56,072 nucleotides of DNA from sequence record SRR20825019_2782; one strand, written 5' to 3'. The notes below the pieces were generated by a model, which was given only the letters and a program-made list of their open reading frames with translations, was not told the origin of the DNA and did no database searches. The position numbers were made by a program, and so were the translations under genes. Shown here in pieces: positions 1-8,772 of this stretch; the first letter of the stretch is position 1; each line of letters starts with the position of its first letter.

Positions 1-147
1 GTGTGCAACTGCTGTTCCCATAAGTTCTGGCCAAGCTGCAATCACGTCCATTTCTTTGATTCTTTTATCAAAGCCATACGCCTTCAACCAGCGATCTATC
101 ACTTCTTTGAGTGGCGCTTCGTTTGATGTACGTTTGAAATCATTCAT
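1..147 (-). CDS. DUF721/DciA-family protein, 5' part (runs off window start)
   Basis: Manual translation from ATG at 147 gives MNDFKRTSNEAPLKEVIDRWLKAYGFDKRIKEMDVIAAWPELMGTAVAH. The W-x-x-x-x-G motif is typical of DUF721, and the position near recF is typical of Bacteroidota. Confidence 0.75.
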   Translation of the reverse strand, partial: MNDFKRTSNEAPLKEVIDRWLKAYGFDKRIKEMDVIAAWPELMGTAVAH

Positions 148-190
148 AATGCTAATTTAAGGATAAGATCCGACAGAAATAAATTCAATC

Positions 191-1003
191 TTAATTCTTT
201 AAACCTCCAAACAGTTTTCCAAAGCCTGAATACAAAGCCAGATGCAAAACATCACCGTGGTTTTGCTCCTGAAAATAATCGTAATAAACGGCTGAATTTT
301 TGCTCTTTAATTTCTTATAGAGTGTTTTTGCATCCTTCTTCATAATCTTCCCTTCAGCTCCCACCGCCACAAAAATAGATTGATTCTCTGAAAGAGTTGG
401 GACGTTCATTTCAAGTAGACTTTGGTTATTCCACCACAAACTTGGACTTACAATCATATAATGATCAAACATCGTTGAATGATTGTAAACAATCTCAGCG
501 ACCAAAAGTGCACCTAGCGACTGTCCAATAATCGTTTTCTCTGGTTTAGTTCGGTACTCTTTTTCAACAAGTGGTATTATTTCTTCCGAGAGGCATTTAA
601 TAAAGTTCGCAGAACCTCCCGTTGTTGGAAAGTCAATCTTGTCCTGTTCTATCGTTGTTGGAAATGTAAAATCTCTTTTTCTATCACGGTTGGAAATTCC
701 CACAATGATTGTTTCCGGCATTATGTTAATCCACGAAAAGGAGCAAAACTGTGTTAATCCTGAAACATGAATAAAGTCTTCATCAGCAGAGCCGTCTAGC
801 AAATAGATGACTGGATAATTCTGAATGGAATCGCCTGAATAACTTAACGGAAGATAAACGTTCAATACTCTTTCTTCACCAAGAATTTTGGATTGAAAAG
901 TAACTATTTCACCAATACTAAATGGCGCATGAGTGACCGTTTCATTCTGAGAAAATGATGCACTCCATGAGAATGTAATGAGTGTTAAAAGGAAAAATTT
1001 CAT
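191..1003 (-). CDS. Exported alpha/beta hydrolase (IroE/BesA-like esterase)
   Basis: Signal peptide; YPVIYLLDG; nucleophile elbow GQSLG; SPSLWW; C-terminal NHG His. Confidence 0.85.
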   Translation of the reverse strand: MKFFLLTLITFSWSASFSQNETVTHAPFSIGEIVTFQSKILGEERVLNVYLPLSYSGDSIQNYPVIYLLDGSADEDFIHVSGLTQFCSFSWINIMPETIIVGISNRDRKRDFTFPTTIEQDKIDFPTTGGSANFIKCLSEEIIPLVEKEYRTKPEKTIIGQSLGALLVAEIVYNHSTMFDHYMIVSPSLWWNNQSLLEMNVPTLSENQSIFVAVGAEGKIMKKDAKTLYKKLKSKNSAVYYDYFQEQNHGDVLHLALYSGFGKLFGGLKN

Positions 1004-2133
1004 AGTACTTCTTTTATTGATTTGATTTCTGAGATTTCCATAATCTCACCCTCCGCAACAGAGAACAATTTACTTTCCAGTTCGTTTGATGCAAAAACAT
1101 CTTTTACACGCTGAGCATCCGTATCTGTAACGAGTACTTGTCCGAAGAAATTATCGGCTACCAACTTCATTAATCGCTCCACGCGCACATGATCGAGCTT
1201 ATCAAAAATATCGTCTAACAACAAAACGGGCGTTACTCCCAAGTGATGCTTGAGCCACTCGTACTGCGCCAATCGCAGAGCAATGATGAACGATTTCTGT
1301 TGACCTTGTGAACCGAATTTCTTCACTGGATGTCCTTTGATTTCAAACACCAAATCGTCCTTGTGAATTCCTGCATTCGAGAAACGTGTTTGCGCATCTT
1401 TTTTCTCATATTTCGCGAGCAATTCGTCCATTGAATGCTCTGAAAGTTGCGATTTATACACTAAATGCACCTCTTCATTCGGAGAACCTATACTATCGTA
1501 ATGACGTTGAAAGACAGGGATGAATTCTTCTAAAAAGTGTTGCCGTTTCTCAAATATTTGGTGTCCAAGTTGACTCATTTGAATATTCCAAACCTCTATA
1601 GATTCACGGTCAAACAAGCGATGTTCCGCCATGTTTTTCAACAATGCATTTCGCTGAACAAGTACTTTATTATATCGTTGAATGTCCTCCAAATAACGTC
1701 TATCAAACTGCGAAATAATTCCGTCCATCCATCTTCTGCGAAGTTCGCTTCCCTCAGAAATTAAATCGCGATCATACGGGGAAATCATCACAGCAGGAAA
1801 TTGACCGATGTGATCCGCCAACTTTTCGTATTCTTTCTTATTTCTTCGGAAAATTTTCTTTGTACCTTGTTTTACAGCGCAGTGAATATTCACCGAAACA
1901 TCTTCCTTTACCCAATCGCCTTGAATCACAAAAAACGGTTGGTCGAAGCGAATATTCTGACGATCAACCACATTCATATATGATTTACAAATGCTCAAAT
2001 AGTGAACTGCATCAAGGATATTTGTTTTTCCAGATCCATTTCTTCCAACGAAACAATTGATTCCATCTGACAGCTCAATTTGAGCTTCTTCATAATTCTT
2101 AAAATTTACGAGATGGAGACTTTTTAAATGCAT
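1000..2133 (-). CDS. recF: DNA replication and repair protein RecF
   Basis: NFKNY; Walker A GRNGSGKTN; GSQGQQKS signature; LLLDDIFDKLD Walker B. Confidence 0.97.
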   Translation of the reverse strand: MHLKSLHLVNFKNYEEAQIELSDGINCFVGRNGSGKTNILDAVHYLSICKSYMNVVDRQNIRFDQPFFVIQGDWVKEDVSVNIHCAVKQGTKKIFRRNKKEYEKLADHIGQFPAVMISPYDRDLISEGSELRRRWMDGIISQFDRRYLEDIQRYNKVLVQRNALLKNMAEHRLFDRESIEVWNIQMSQLGHQIFEKRQHFLEEFIPVFQRHYDSIGSPNEEVHLVYKSQLSEHSMDELLAKYEKKDAQTRFSNAGIHKDDLVFEIKGHPVKKFGSQGQQKSFIIALRLAQYEWLKHHLGVTPVLLLDDIFDKLDHVRVERLMKLVADNFFGQVLVTDTDAQRVKDVFASNELESKLFSVAEGEIMEISEIKSIKEVL

Positions 2134-2203
2134 CAGCGTAAAATTAGTCGAAATAGCTCGAAATCTAATCCTTATGAATGCTTCTTTTATTAAAAAATAA
2201 AAC

Positions 2204-2211
2204 TATTTTTG
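2204..2211 (+). promoter_or_regulatory. Bacteroidota sigma70 -7 element for the TPR-ribH-glmM unit
   Basis: TATTTTTG matches TAnnTTTG, 19 nt upstream of the ATG at 2231. Confidence 0.6.
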
Positions 2212-2230
2212 CTCCGCTTAATTTTATACA

Positions 2231-2878
2231 ATGTTAGAAGATCTTACAAGAGAACAATTAAAGAATCAATTCAAAACGAATAAAACACTCCGTTTCGTTA
2301 CTATCGGCGTTGGAGCGCTTATCATCGTGATCCTTGGTTACTTCGCTTATCTCCAGTTTATCTGGAAGCCTGCAAACGAGAAATCGATGGATAGTTACTG
2401 GATTGGTTTGAACTATGCAGCGAAAGATTCTACAGATGTTGCCATTGATGAGTTAAACTCAGCAGTGAAAAAATACGATGGTAAAATCGGTGGTGAAGTT
2501 GCGCAGTTCGTTTATGCACGTCAATTGATGGCTAAAGGAGACTTCAAAAAAGCATTGAGTGAATTGGAAAGTGTTAAATTGACTGATACCTACACAAAAG
2601 TTATGTGTGTTGGTCTTCAAGCTGACTGCCTTTCTGAAATGGAAAAATACGATGACGCAGCAACGCGCTATTTTGAAGCTTCAGAAATGGACGAAAATGA
2701 CTTAACAACTCCGCTTTACTTATGGAAAGCTGGTTTGTGTGCTGAAGAAATTAACAACTTCGATAAAGCAACTGAATTCTATCAAAAAATTAAGGATTAC
2801 TATCCAGGATTTGCTTCTAAAAAACAAATCGACAAATATTTGGCTAGAGCTTCATCTAAAAAAACTTCGAAAAAATAA
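2231..2878 (+). CDS. Membrane-anchored TPR protein (YfgM-like)
   Basis: N-terminal TM helix followed by TPR-like helices; sits between recF and ribH; TAATG overlap with ribH. Confidence 0.8.
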   Translation: MLEDLTREQLKNQFKTNKTLRFVTIGVGALIIVILGYFAYLQFIWKPANEKSMDSYWIGLNYAAKDSTDVAIDELNSAVKKYDGKIGGEVAQFVYARQLMAKGDFKKALSELESVKLTDTYTKVMCVGLQADCLSEMEKYDDAATRYFEASEMDENDLTTPLYLWKAGLCAEEINNFDKATEFYQKIKDYYPGFASKKQIDKYLARASSKKTSKK

Positions 2879-3366
2879 TGGCGACAATTCATCGCAATTT
2901 ATCAGAATACGATAAGGAATTTATTCCAAACGGTGCCGATTTTAAGATCGGCATTGTTGTTTCTGAATGGAATGAGAACATTACTCTAAATCTTCTTAAA
3001 GGAGCAAAATCTGTGCTTCTCGACAATGGCGTAAAAGAAGAAAACATTATTGTGCGCTTCGTTCCTGGAGCATTTGAACTTCCACTAGGATGCCAGTTTA
3101 TGTGCCAAAATGGTAATGTAGATGGCGTAATTGCTATCGGAACCGTTATTCAAGGGGAAACAAAGCATTTCGACTTCGTATGTGACGGCGCAACCCAAGG
3201 AATTAAGGACGTAAATCTAAAATACAACACGCCAGTTGCCTTTTGTCTTCTCACCGACAATACACTTCAACAATCCATTGATCGCTCTGGCGGAAAGCAC
3301 GGGAACAAAGGAATTGAATGCGCGGTGGCTTGCATGAAAATGATCGAATTGAAACGCTCTTTTTAG
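2878..3366 (+). CDS. ribH: 6,7-dimethyl-8-ribityllumazine synthase
   Basis: VPGAFELP, GTVIQGETKHFDFV, GNKG motifs. Confidence 0.97.
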   Translation: MATIHRNLSEYDKEFIPNGADFKIGIVVSEWNENITLNLLKGAKSVLLDNGVKEENIIVRFVPGAFELPLGCQFMCQNGNVDGVIAIGTVIQGETKHFDFVCDGATQGIKDVNLKYNTPVAFCLLTDNTLQQSIDRSGGKHGNKGIECAVACMKMIELKRSF

Positions 3367-3372
3367 AAAATT

Positions 3373-4758
3373 ATGACACTTATTAAATCTATTTCAGGGA
3401 TTCGCGGAACTATCGGCGGACCAGTAAACGACGGACTTACTCCTGTAGATGCAGTAAAATTTGCTGCGGCATACGGAACTTGGCTTTTAAATCGCAATTC
3501 AACGTCGAAAGTAAAAGTGGTGATCGGAAGAGACGCACGTATTTCAGGAAAAATGATTTCTGACTTAGTCGTATCTACACTTATTGGACTTGGAATTGAT
3601 GTCGTAAACCTTGGACTTTCAACAACACCAACTGTTGAAGTAGCTGTTCCATTGGAAAACGCTCAAGGTGGAATCATTCTTACGGCAAGTCACAACCCAA
3701 AACAATGGAACGCACTGAAATTACTGAACGAAAAAGGTGAATTTATTTCAGGTGATGATGGTCAAGAAGTATTGGCAATCGCTGAGCAAGAAGCTTTCAA
3801 TTTCGCAGATGTTGATTCTCTAGGAAAAGAAACCCAAGACGATTCATACCTTCAAAAGCACATAGACGCGATTTTAGCGCTTCCAATTGTGAACAAAGAG
3901 AATATTGCTGCGGCAAACTTTTCCATCGTTGTAGATGCCGTTAATTCCACTGGAGGAATTTTCGTTCCTGCACTGCTTAAAGCATTGGGCGTTCATCAAA
4001 TTACAGAATTATACTGTGACCCAACGGGACATTTCCCGCACAATCCTGAACCTTTACCTGAACATCTAACGGATCTTTCTTCAAAAATTAAAGAAACGGG
4101 GGCTGATTTTGGTTTAACGGTTGATCCAGATGTAGATCGTCTTGCTTTTGTGTGCGAGGACGGAACTATGTTTGGTGAAGAATATACGCTTGTTGCTTGC
4201 GCGGATTATGTTTTGAGTAAAACTCCTGGAAGTACGGTTTCCAATTTGTCTTCAACGCGCGCGCTGAGAGATGTTACTGAAACACGTGGACTTTCCTATT
4301 TTGCTTCGGCTGTTGGTGAAGTGAACGTTGTTACGAAAATGAAAGCTGAAAATGCCGTAATTGGCGGAGAAGGAAATGGTGGAATTATTTATCCAGAGTT
4401 GCACTACGGAAGAGATTCTTTGGTGGGAATCGCTTTGTTTCTTTCGCTTTTAGCAGAGAAAAAAATGTCTGTAAGTCAATTGCGCGACAGCTATCCAACC
4501 TACACTATTTCAAAAAATAAGATTGAACTTACGCCAGAAATTAATGTGGATGAAGTCCTCGAGAAAATGGCTATGAAATATGCGCACGAAGAAGTTGATA
4601 CAACCGACGGTGTGAAAATTTACATCGGAAAGGAATGGGTTCACCTTCGAAAAAGCAACACGGAGCCTATCATTCGGATCTATTCTGAAAGTAAGTCTGC
4701 TGAATCTGCCAACGCATTTGCTGAACGTATTATTGCGGAAATTAAGTCGATTCTTTAA
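3373..4758 (+). CDS. glmM: Phosphoglucosamine mutase / alpha-D-phosphohexomutase
   Basis: SGIRG; phosphoserine loop TASHNP; metal loop DPDVDR; GGEGNGG; RKSNTEP. Sugar specificity (GlmM vs PMM/PGM) is inferred. Confidence 0.85.
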   Translation: MTLIKSISGIRGTIGGPVNDGLTPVDAVKFAAAYGTWLLNRNSTSKVKVVIGRDARISGKMISDLVVSTLIGLGIDVVNLGLSTTPTVEVAVPLENAQGGIILTASHNPKQWNALKLLNEKGEFISGDDGQEVLAIAEQEAFNFADVDSLGKETQDDSYLQKHIDAILALPIVNKENIAAANFSIVVDAVNSTGGIFVPALLKALGVHQITELYCDPTGHFPHNPEPLPEHLTDLSSKIKETGADFGLTVDPDVDRLAFVCEDGTMFGEEYTLVACADYVLSKTPGSTVSNLSSTRALRDVTETRGLSYFASAVGEVNVVTKMKAENAVIGGEGNGGIIYPELHYGRDSLVGIALFLSLLAEKKMSVSQLRDSYPTYTISKNKIELTPEINVDEVLEKMAMKYAHEEVDTTDGVKIYIGKEWVHLRKSNTEPIIRIYSESKSAESANAFAERIIAEIKSIL

Positions 4759-4850
4759 TCGCTTATCTTGTCGATGAAAGGCTATTTCACTAAATCATTA
4801 ATTTAGGTACTGAACATGCTTATTCATCAAAAAGTAAATCCCCAGCCAGA

Positions 4851-5612
4851 ATGATCGCGAAACTCCTTCGCATTTGTACCCTTTTCATTCTTATGGGAAC
4901 AGGAATCACTCATTTTTCGGGTGGAGAACAGTATTTTTCGCTGTACGCCGACGTGAGTTGGATTCCTCAATTATTCGGATCGCTTTTTATCCTCTCGGCA
5001 TTAATCATTCTATCTCCTTTGTACGGAAGCAAAAAAGTATTGGATGTGTTGATTCCAGTTTCGGTACTAATGCTGCTTCATCTTAGTTTTGCATCTTTTG
5101 TTCACGATCACTTTGCACCAGAACAATTCATGGAACACGGCATAAAAATCGGTGCGCCTATCGCTTATTGGTTGTTTTTTACACAACGTTTTCCGTCAGA
5201 AAAAACCATCTTATTTTTAAAGTTCTGTACACTTTTCTGCTTTGTAGGACACGGTTTGTTCGCTGTTGGAATTCACTTTGTTCCTGAGTCCTTTACAAAT
5301 ATGACAACCACCATTTTGGGTGTTGATCTTCCTCAGGCAAAACACATTTTATTCGTTGTAGGAATCATCGATTTTATTGCTGCTATTTCGATTTTCTTTT
5401 CGAATAACTTCCTTATTTTCGGCTACCTTATCATTTGGGGGTTTTTAACTTCACTGGCGCGAGTTGTTTATGGAATAATGATCAATGAAGGCGATTTGAT
5501 TGAACTAGTTCATTACTTTTTCAATACAATTTACCGCATTCCACATGGTTTAATTCCGTTGCTTATTTTCCTTTTCTATCGTCACAAGAGGAGTAAATCT
5601 TTGCAGACCTAA
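4851..5612 (+). CDS. Multi-pass membrane protein of unknown function
   Basis: 253 aa with roughly 7-8 hydrophobic segments; FVGHG motif. Confidence 0.7.
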   Translation: MIAKLLRICTLFILMGTGITHFSGGEQYFSLYADVSWIPQLFGSLFILSALIILSPLYGSKKVLDVLIPVSVLMLLHLSFASFVHDHFAPEQFMEHGIKIGAPIAYWLFFTQRFPSEKTILFLKFCTLFCFVGHGLFAVGIHFVPESFTNMTTTILGVDLPQAKHILFVVGIIDFIAAISIFFSNNFLIFGYLIIWGFLTSLARVVYGIMINEGDLIELVHYFFNTIYRIPHGLIPLLIFLFYRHKRSKSLQT

Positions 5613-5735
5613 TTATTTATTTTACCTGTCAAAAGCTCGTCTGTAGCTCAAAATCTGTCTTTTTCTACCCCCAAGAAATCATAGTACATTGAACGAAATC
5701 ATGTTCTCATTGTATTAGAGAAAAAAGACTTTAAC

Positions 5736-7418
5736 ATGAGAAACATATTAACAGCAGTCGGATTTTCTTTCCTCGCTTTCTTGAGTTCAGCAGATGAAGA
5801 AAAAATTGTTCCGTCAGAAATCACCAACGTAACCGTATATGCACAAGGAGCTCAAGTGTACCAAACAGCATCTTATTCGATAGGAAAAGGAGTCACCCAA
5901 GTCATTATCGAAGGCATCAGTCAGTACATCGACCAAAATAGTTTACAGGTCAAAGCGACAGGAAATGTGGTTTTACTTGATTCGAAGTACAGCTTGTTTT
6001 ATCCAAAGCCTGAATCCATTCAACTTAATTCATTGCCTTCGTCGGTTCGGAAAAGCATTTCTCTGCTAGAAGATTCACTGAGAACTCTCGGTTATGATTT
6101 ACAGGAAATTCAAGATGAAATTGATGTATTGACTACTTCGAAATCCATTTTAACCAACAACGGCGCAGTACGTGGATCTGGAAAAGTAAACGACTCGATT
6201 GCTCTTTTGAAAGAAGCAATGGAATTCTACGCGCTCAAAATGAACGACATCAACAAAAAGTTATTGGCTCTCAGCAAGCGCAAAAATGCAAAAGTAACGA
6301 CTCAAAGTGAAATGAATCAGCGCTTGGCAGATCTTCGAAACTATCAAAACAATCCAGGCTTGAAACCTTCAGTAAATGGTCCTTCACATAGAATCACGAT
6401 CACTTTGTCTGCTTCTGATTACGCCAAAGGGAAATTGGACATTTCTTACCTTGTTTCTCAAGCTGGATGGACTCCACTTTATGATTTAAGAAGTGAATCT
6501 TCTAGCGGAAGTATCAACCTAAACTATAAAGCTCAAGTGTACCAAAACACAGGCGTAGATTGGGACAACGTAAAATTGAGTATTTCAACCAATAATCCTT
6601 ATCAAAACAAAACGAAGCCTGAATTACACCCTTGGTATGTGGATTTTTATTCAAATAATTATCAAAATCCAGTCAGACGTGATCAAAGTGGAATATTGAA
6701 AAAATCAGAAAGTTTGGGGTATTCACAACCAGCATCGACACAAGCGACAATGGATCAAAAGGAGTTCGCAGATGCAATGACGTCCTCAGATTTCATGCAG
6801 GTAGTCGATCACATGATTTCAGCGGAGTTTAGAATTGACCTCCCATACACCATTAAATCTGATAATCAGCAACACATGGTTTTGGTAAAGAATGTTGATC
6901 TCCAAGCGAACTTCAAGTACTACACAGCTCCAAAATTTGACAATGGCGCATACCTTGTTGCACAGCTATCTAAACTAGATGAACTTCAATTGGTTCCTGC
7001 AAAAGCAAATATTTTCTTCGATGGAAGTTACATGGGTGAAACATATTTGGATCCAACAACAATGGACGACACATTGAATCTGAGTTTAGGAAAAGATCCG
7101 AACATTATCGTTAAGAGAACTTTGTTGAAAAAAGAGCTTAAAGAGAAAATTGTTGGAACGAAGAAAGAACGCACTTTCGCTTATTCTATCGAAGTGAAGA
7201 ACTTGAAATCGCGAAACATAGAAGTCATTGTTCAAGATCAACTTCCGATAACTCAAAATAGTGAAATAGAAATTCAAGCCATCGATTTAGACAAAGGAAC
7301 AATCGACGAACGAACAGGAATTATTGAATGGAAATTCACTTTGAAACCGTCGGCTTCGAAAGACATCCTTTTTAAATATGGTGTAAAGCACGATAAAGAC
7401 AAACCTCTCACCTTGTAA
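5736..7418 (+). CDS. DUF4140/DUF4139 (mucoidy inhibitor MuiA-like) protein
   Basis: Signal peptide; VTVYxxGAQV N-terminus; coiled coil; AGWTPLYDLR, QNTGVDW, LSLGKDP, DQLP motifs. Confidence 0.9.
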   Translation: MRNILTAVGFSFLAFLSSADEEKIVPSEITNVTVYAQGAQVYQTASYSIGKGVTQVIIEGISQYIDQNSLQVKATGNVVLLDSKYSLFYPKPESIQLNSLPSSVRKSISLLEDSLRTLGYDLQEIQDEIDVLTTSKSILTNNGAVRGSGKVNDSIALLKEAMEFYALKMNDINKKLLALSKRKNAKVTTQSEMNQRLADLRNYQNNPGLKPSVNGPSHRITITLSASDYAKGKLDISYLVSQAGWTPLYDLRSESSSGSINLNYKAQVYQNTGVDWDNVKLSISTNNPYQNKTKPELHPWYVDFYSNNYQNPVRRDQSGILKKSESLGYSQPASTQATMDQKEFADAMTSSDFMQVVDHMISAEFRIDLPYTIKSDNQQHMVLVKNVDLQANFKYYTAPKFDNGAYLVAQLSKLDELQLVPAKANIFFDGSYMGETYLDPTTMDDTLNLSLGKDPNIIVKRTLLKKELKEKIVGTKKERTFAYSIEVKNLKSRNIEVIVQDQLPITQNSEIEIQAIDLDKGTIDERTGIIEWKFTLKPSASKDILFKYGVKHDKDKPLTL

Positions 7419-7431
7419 AACGAAATAATAC

Positions 7432-7464
7432 AAAAAACTCCTCAGCAATGGGGAGTTTTTTTTT
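7432..7464 (+). terminator. Rho-independent terminator (probably bidirectional)
   Basis: AAAAAACTCCTCA-GCAA-TGGGGAGTTTTTTTTT: stem, GCAA loop and U-tract directly after the MuiA-like gene. Confidence 0.85.
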
Positions 7465-7560
7465 GCCTTCATGTCGAATCCTTTCAACCATCGCATTCCT
7501 TTTAAAGGGAAATTGAACCTTTATGAAATTATTGACTTGCTTTTCTTATTTTTGAACTAG

Positions 7561-8772
7561 ATGAAGCAATTCGAAATTCCTGAATATTACAAGTCTCCAA
7601 TTATCAGTAAGGTAAAGGCAAAACGCAAGTTGGAAGATCCGCGAAAACAGGACTTCTCTCCTACCCTTCTTGATTTTGGAAATGTCGAGTTCGTTATTAG
7701 CCGCCATTTTGGCTTTTGCTATGGTGTAGAAAACGCCATTGAAAAATCGTATCGAGCGATTCAAGAAAATCCTGACAAGAAAATTTTTCTGCTCAGTCAA
7801 ATGATTCATAATCCTGAAGTAAATGAAGATTTACTAAGTCAAGGTGTTCGATTTATTCAAGATACAGATGGAAGTCAGCTGATCTCATGGGATGAAATTA
7901 CTTCAGACGACATTGTGATCATACCAGCATTCGGAACCACCGTTGAAACGAAAACGTTGCTCGAAAATAAAGGCATTAACGTTATTGATTACAACACAAC
8001 GTGCCCTTTCGTAGAAAAAGTATGGAATCGATCAGCCAAATTGGGTGAACAATCGCATACCATTATCATTCACGGAAAATATAAGCACGAAGAAACAAAA
8101 GCCACCTTTTCACACAGTAAGGAAAATGCTCCTTCACTCATTGTTAAGGACATGAAAGAAACAGAATTTTTGGCTGACTATATCCTTGGAAAACATTCCA
8201 AAGAGGACTTCTTGACCTTTTTTGAGGGGAAAATCTCTATCAATTTTGATCCAGAGAAAGATCTGACGCGTATTGGTGTTGTAAATCAAACGACAATGCT
8301 AGCCACAGAAACACAAGCAATCGCCGACTTTCTGAAAGACACAATGGTTCAAAAATATGGTGAGAACGATCTCAAAGCGCATTTCGCAGATACAAGAGAT
8401 ACGCTTTGTTATGCAACAAATGACAACCAAGCCGCAACTTTGCAATTACTCAATCAATCTGCTGATTTAGCGATTGTTGTCGGAGGATATAACAGTAGTA
8501 ATACGTCTCATTTGGTCGAATTACTTGAGCCGTCTTTCCCAACTTTTTTTATTAAAACACGGGATGAGATAAAATCAACTTCGGAGATTGATGCGTTCAA
8601 CATTCATTCGAAGAAAATAGAAAACCATTCGACGTTTTTACCTGAGAAAGATAAATTAAGAATCATTATAACTTCTGGAGCGAGTTGTCCAGATGCAACC
8701 GTAGACGGAGTGATCCAGAAAATATTAGCATTGAAAAAATCACCCATTACAATTGATAGTATCGTTTTTTAA
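7561..8772 (+). CDS. ispH: 4-hydroxy-3-methylbut-2-enyl diphosphate reductase
   Basis: Three Fe-S cysteines in GFCYGV, TTCPFV and DTLCYAT; NQTT; SSNT; GASCP. Confidence 0.95.
   Translation: MKQFEIPEYYKSPIISKVKAKRKLEDPRKQDFSPTLLDFGNVEFVISRHFGFCYGVENAIEKSYRAIQENPDKKIFLLSQMIHNPEVNEDLLSQGVRFIQDTDGSQLISWDEITSDDIVIIPAFGTTVETKTLLENKGINVIDYNTTCPFVEKVWNRSAKLGEQSHTIIIHGKYKHEETKATFSHSKENAPSLIVKDMKETEFLADYILGKHSKEDFLTFFEGKISINFDPEKDLTRIGVVNQTTMLATETQAIADFLKDTMVQKYGENDLKAHFADTRDTLCYATNDNQAATLQLLNQSADLAIVVGGYNSSNTSHLVELLEPSFPTFFIKTRDEIKSTSEIDAFNIHSKKIENHSTFLPEKDKLRIIITSGASCPDATVDGVIQKILALKKSPITIDSIVF

Noticed and set aside
5849-6546. 17-nt exact repeat AGCTCAAGTGTACCAAA at 5849-5865 and 6530-6546
   Set aside because: Both copies are in frame in one gene and encode AQVYQ; explained by coding sequence or chance.
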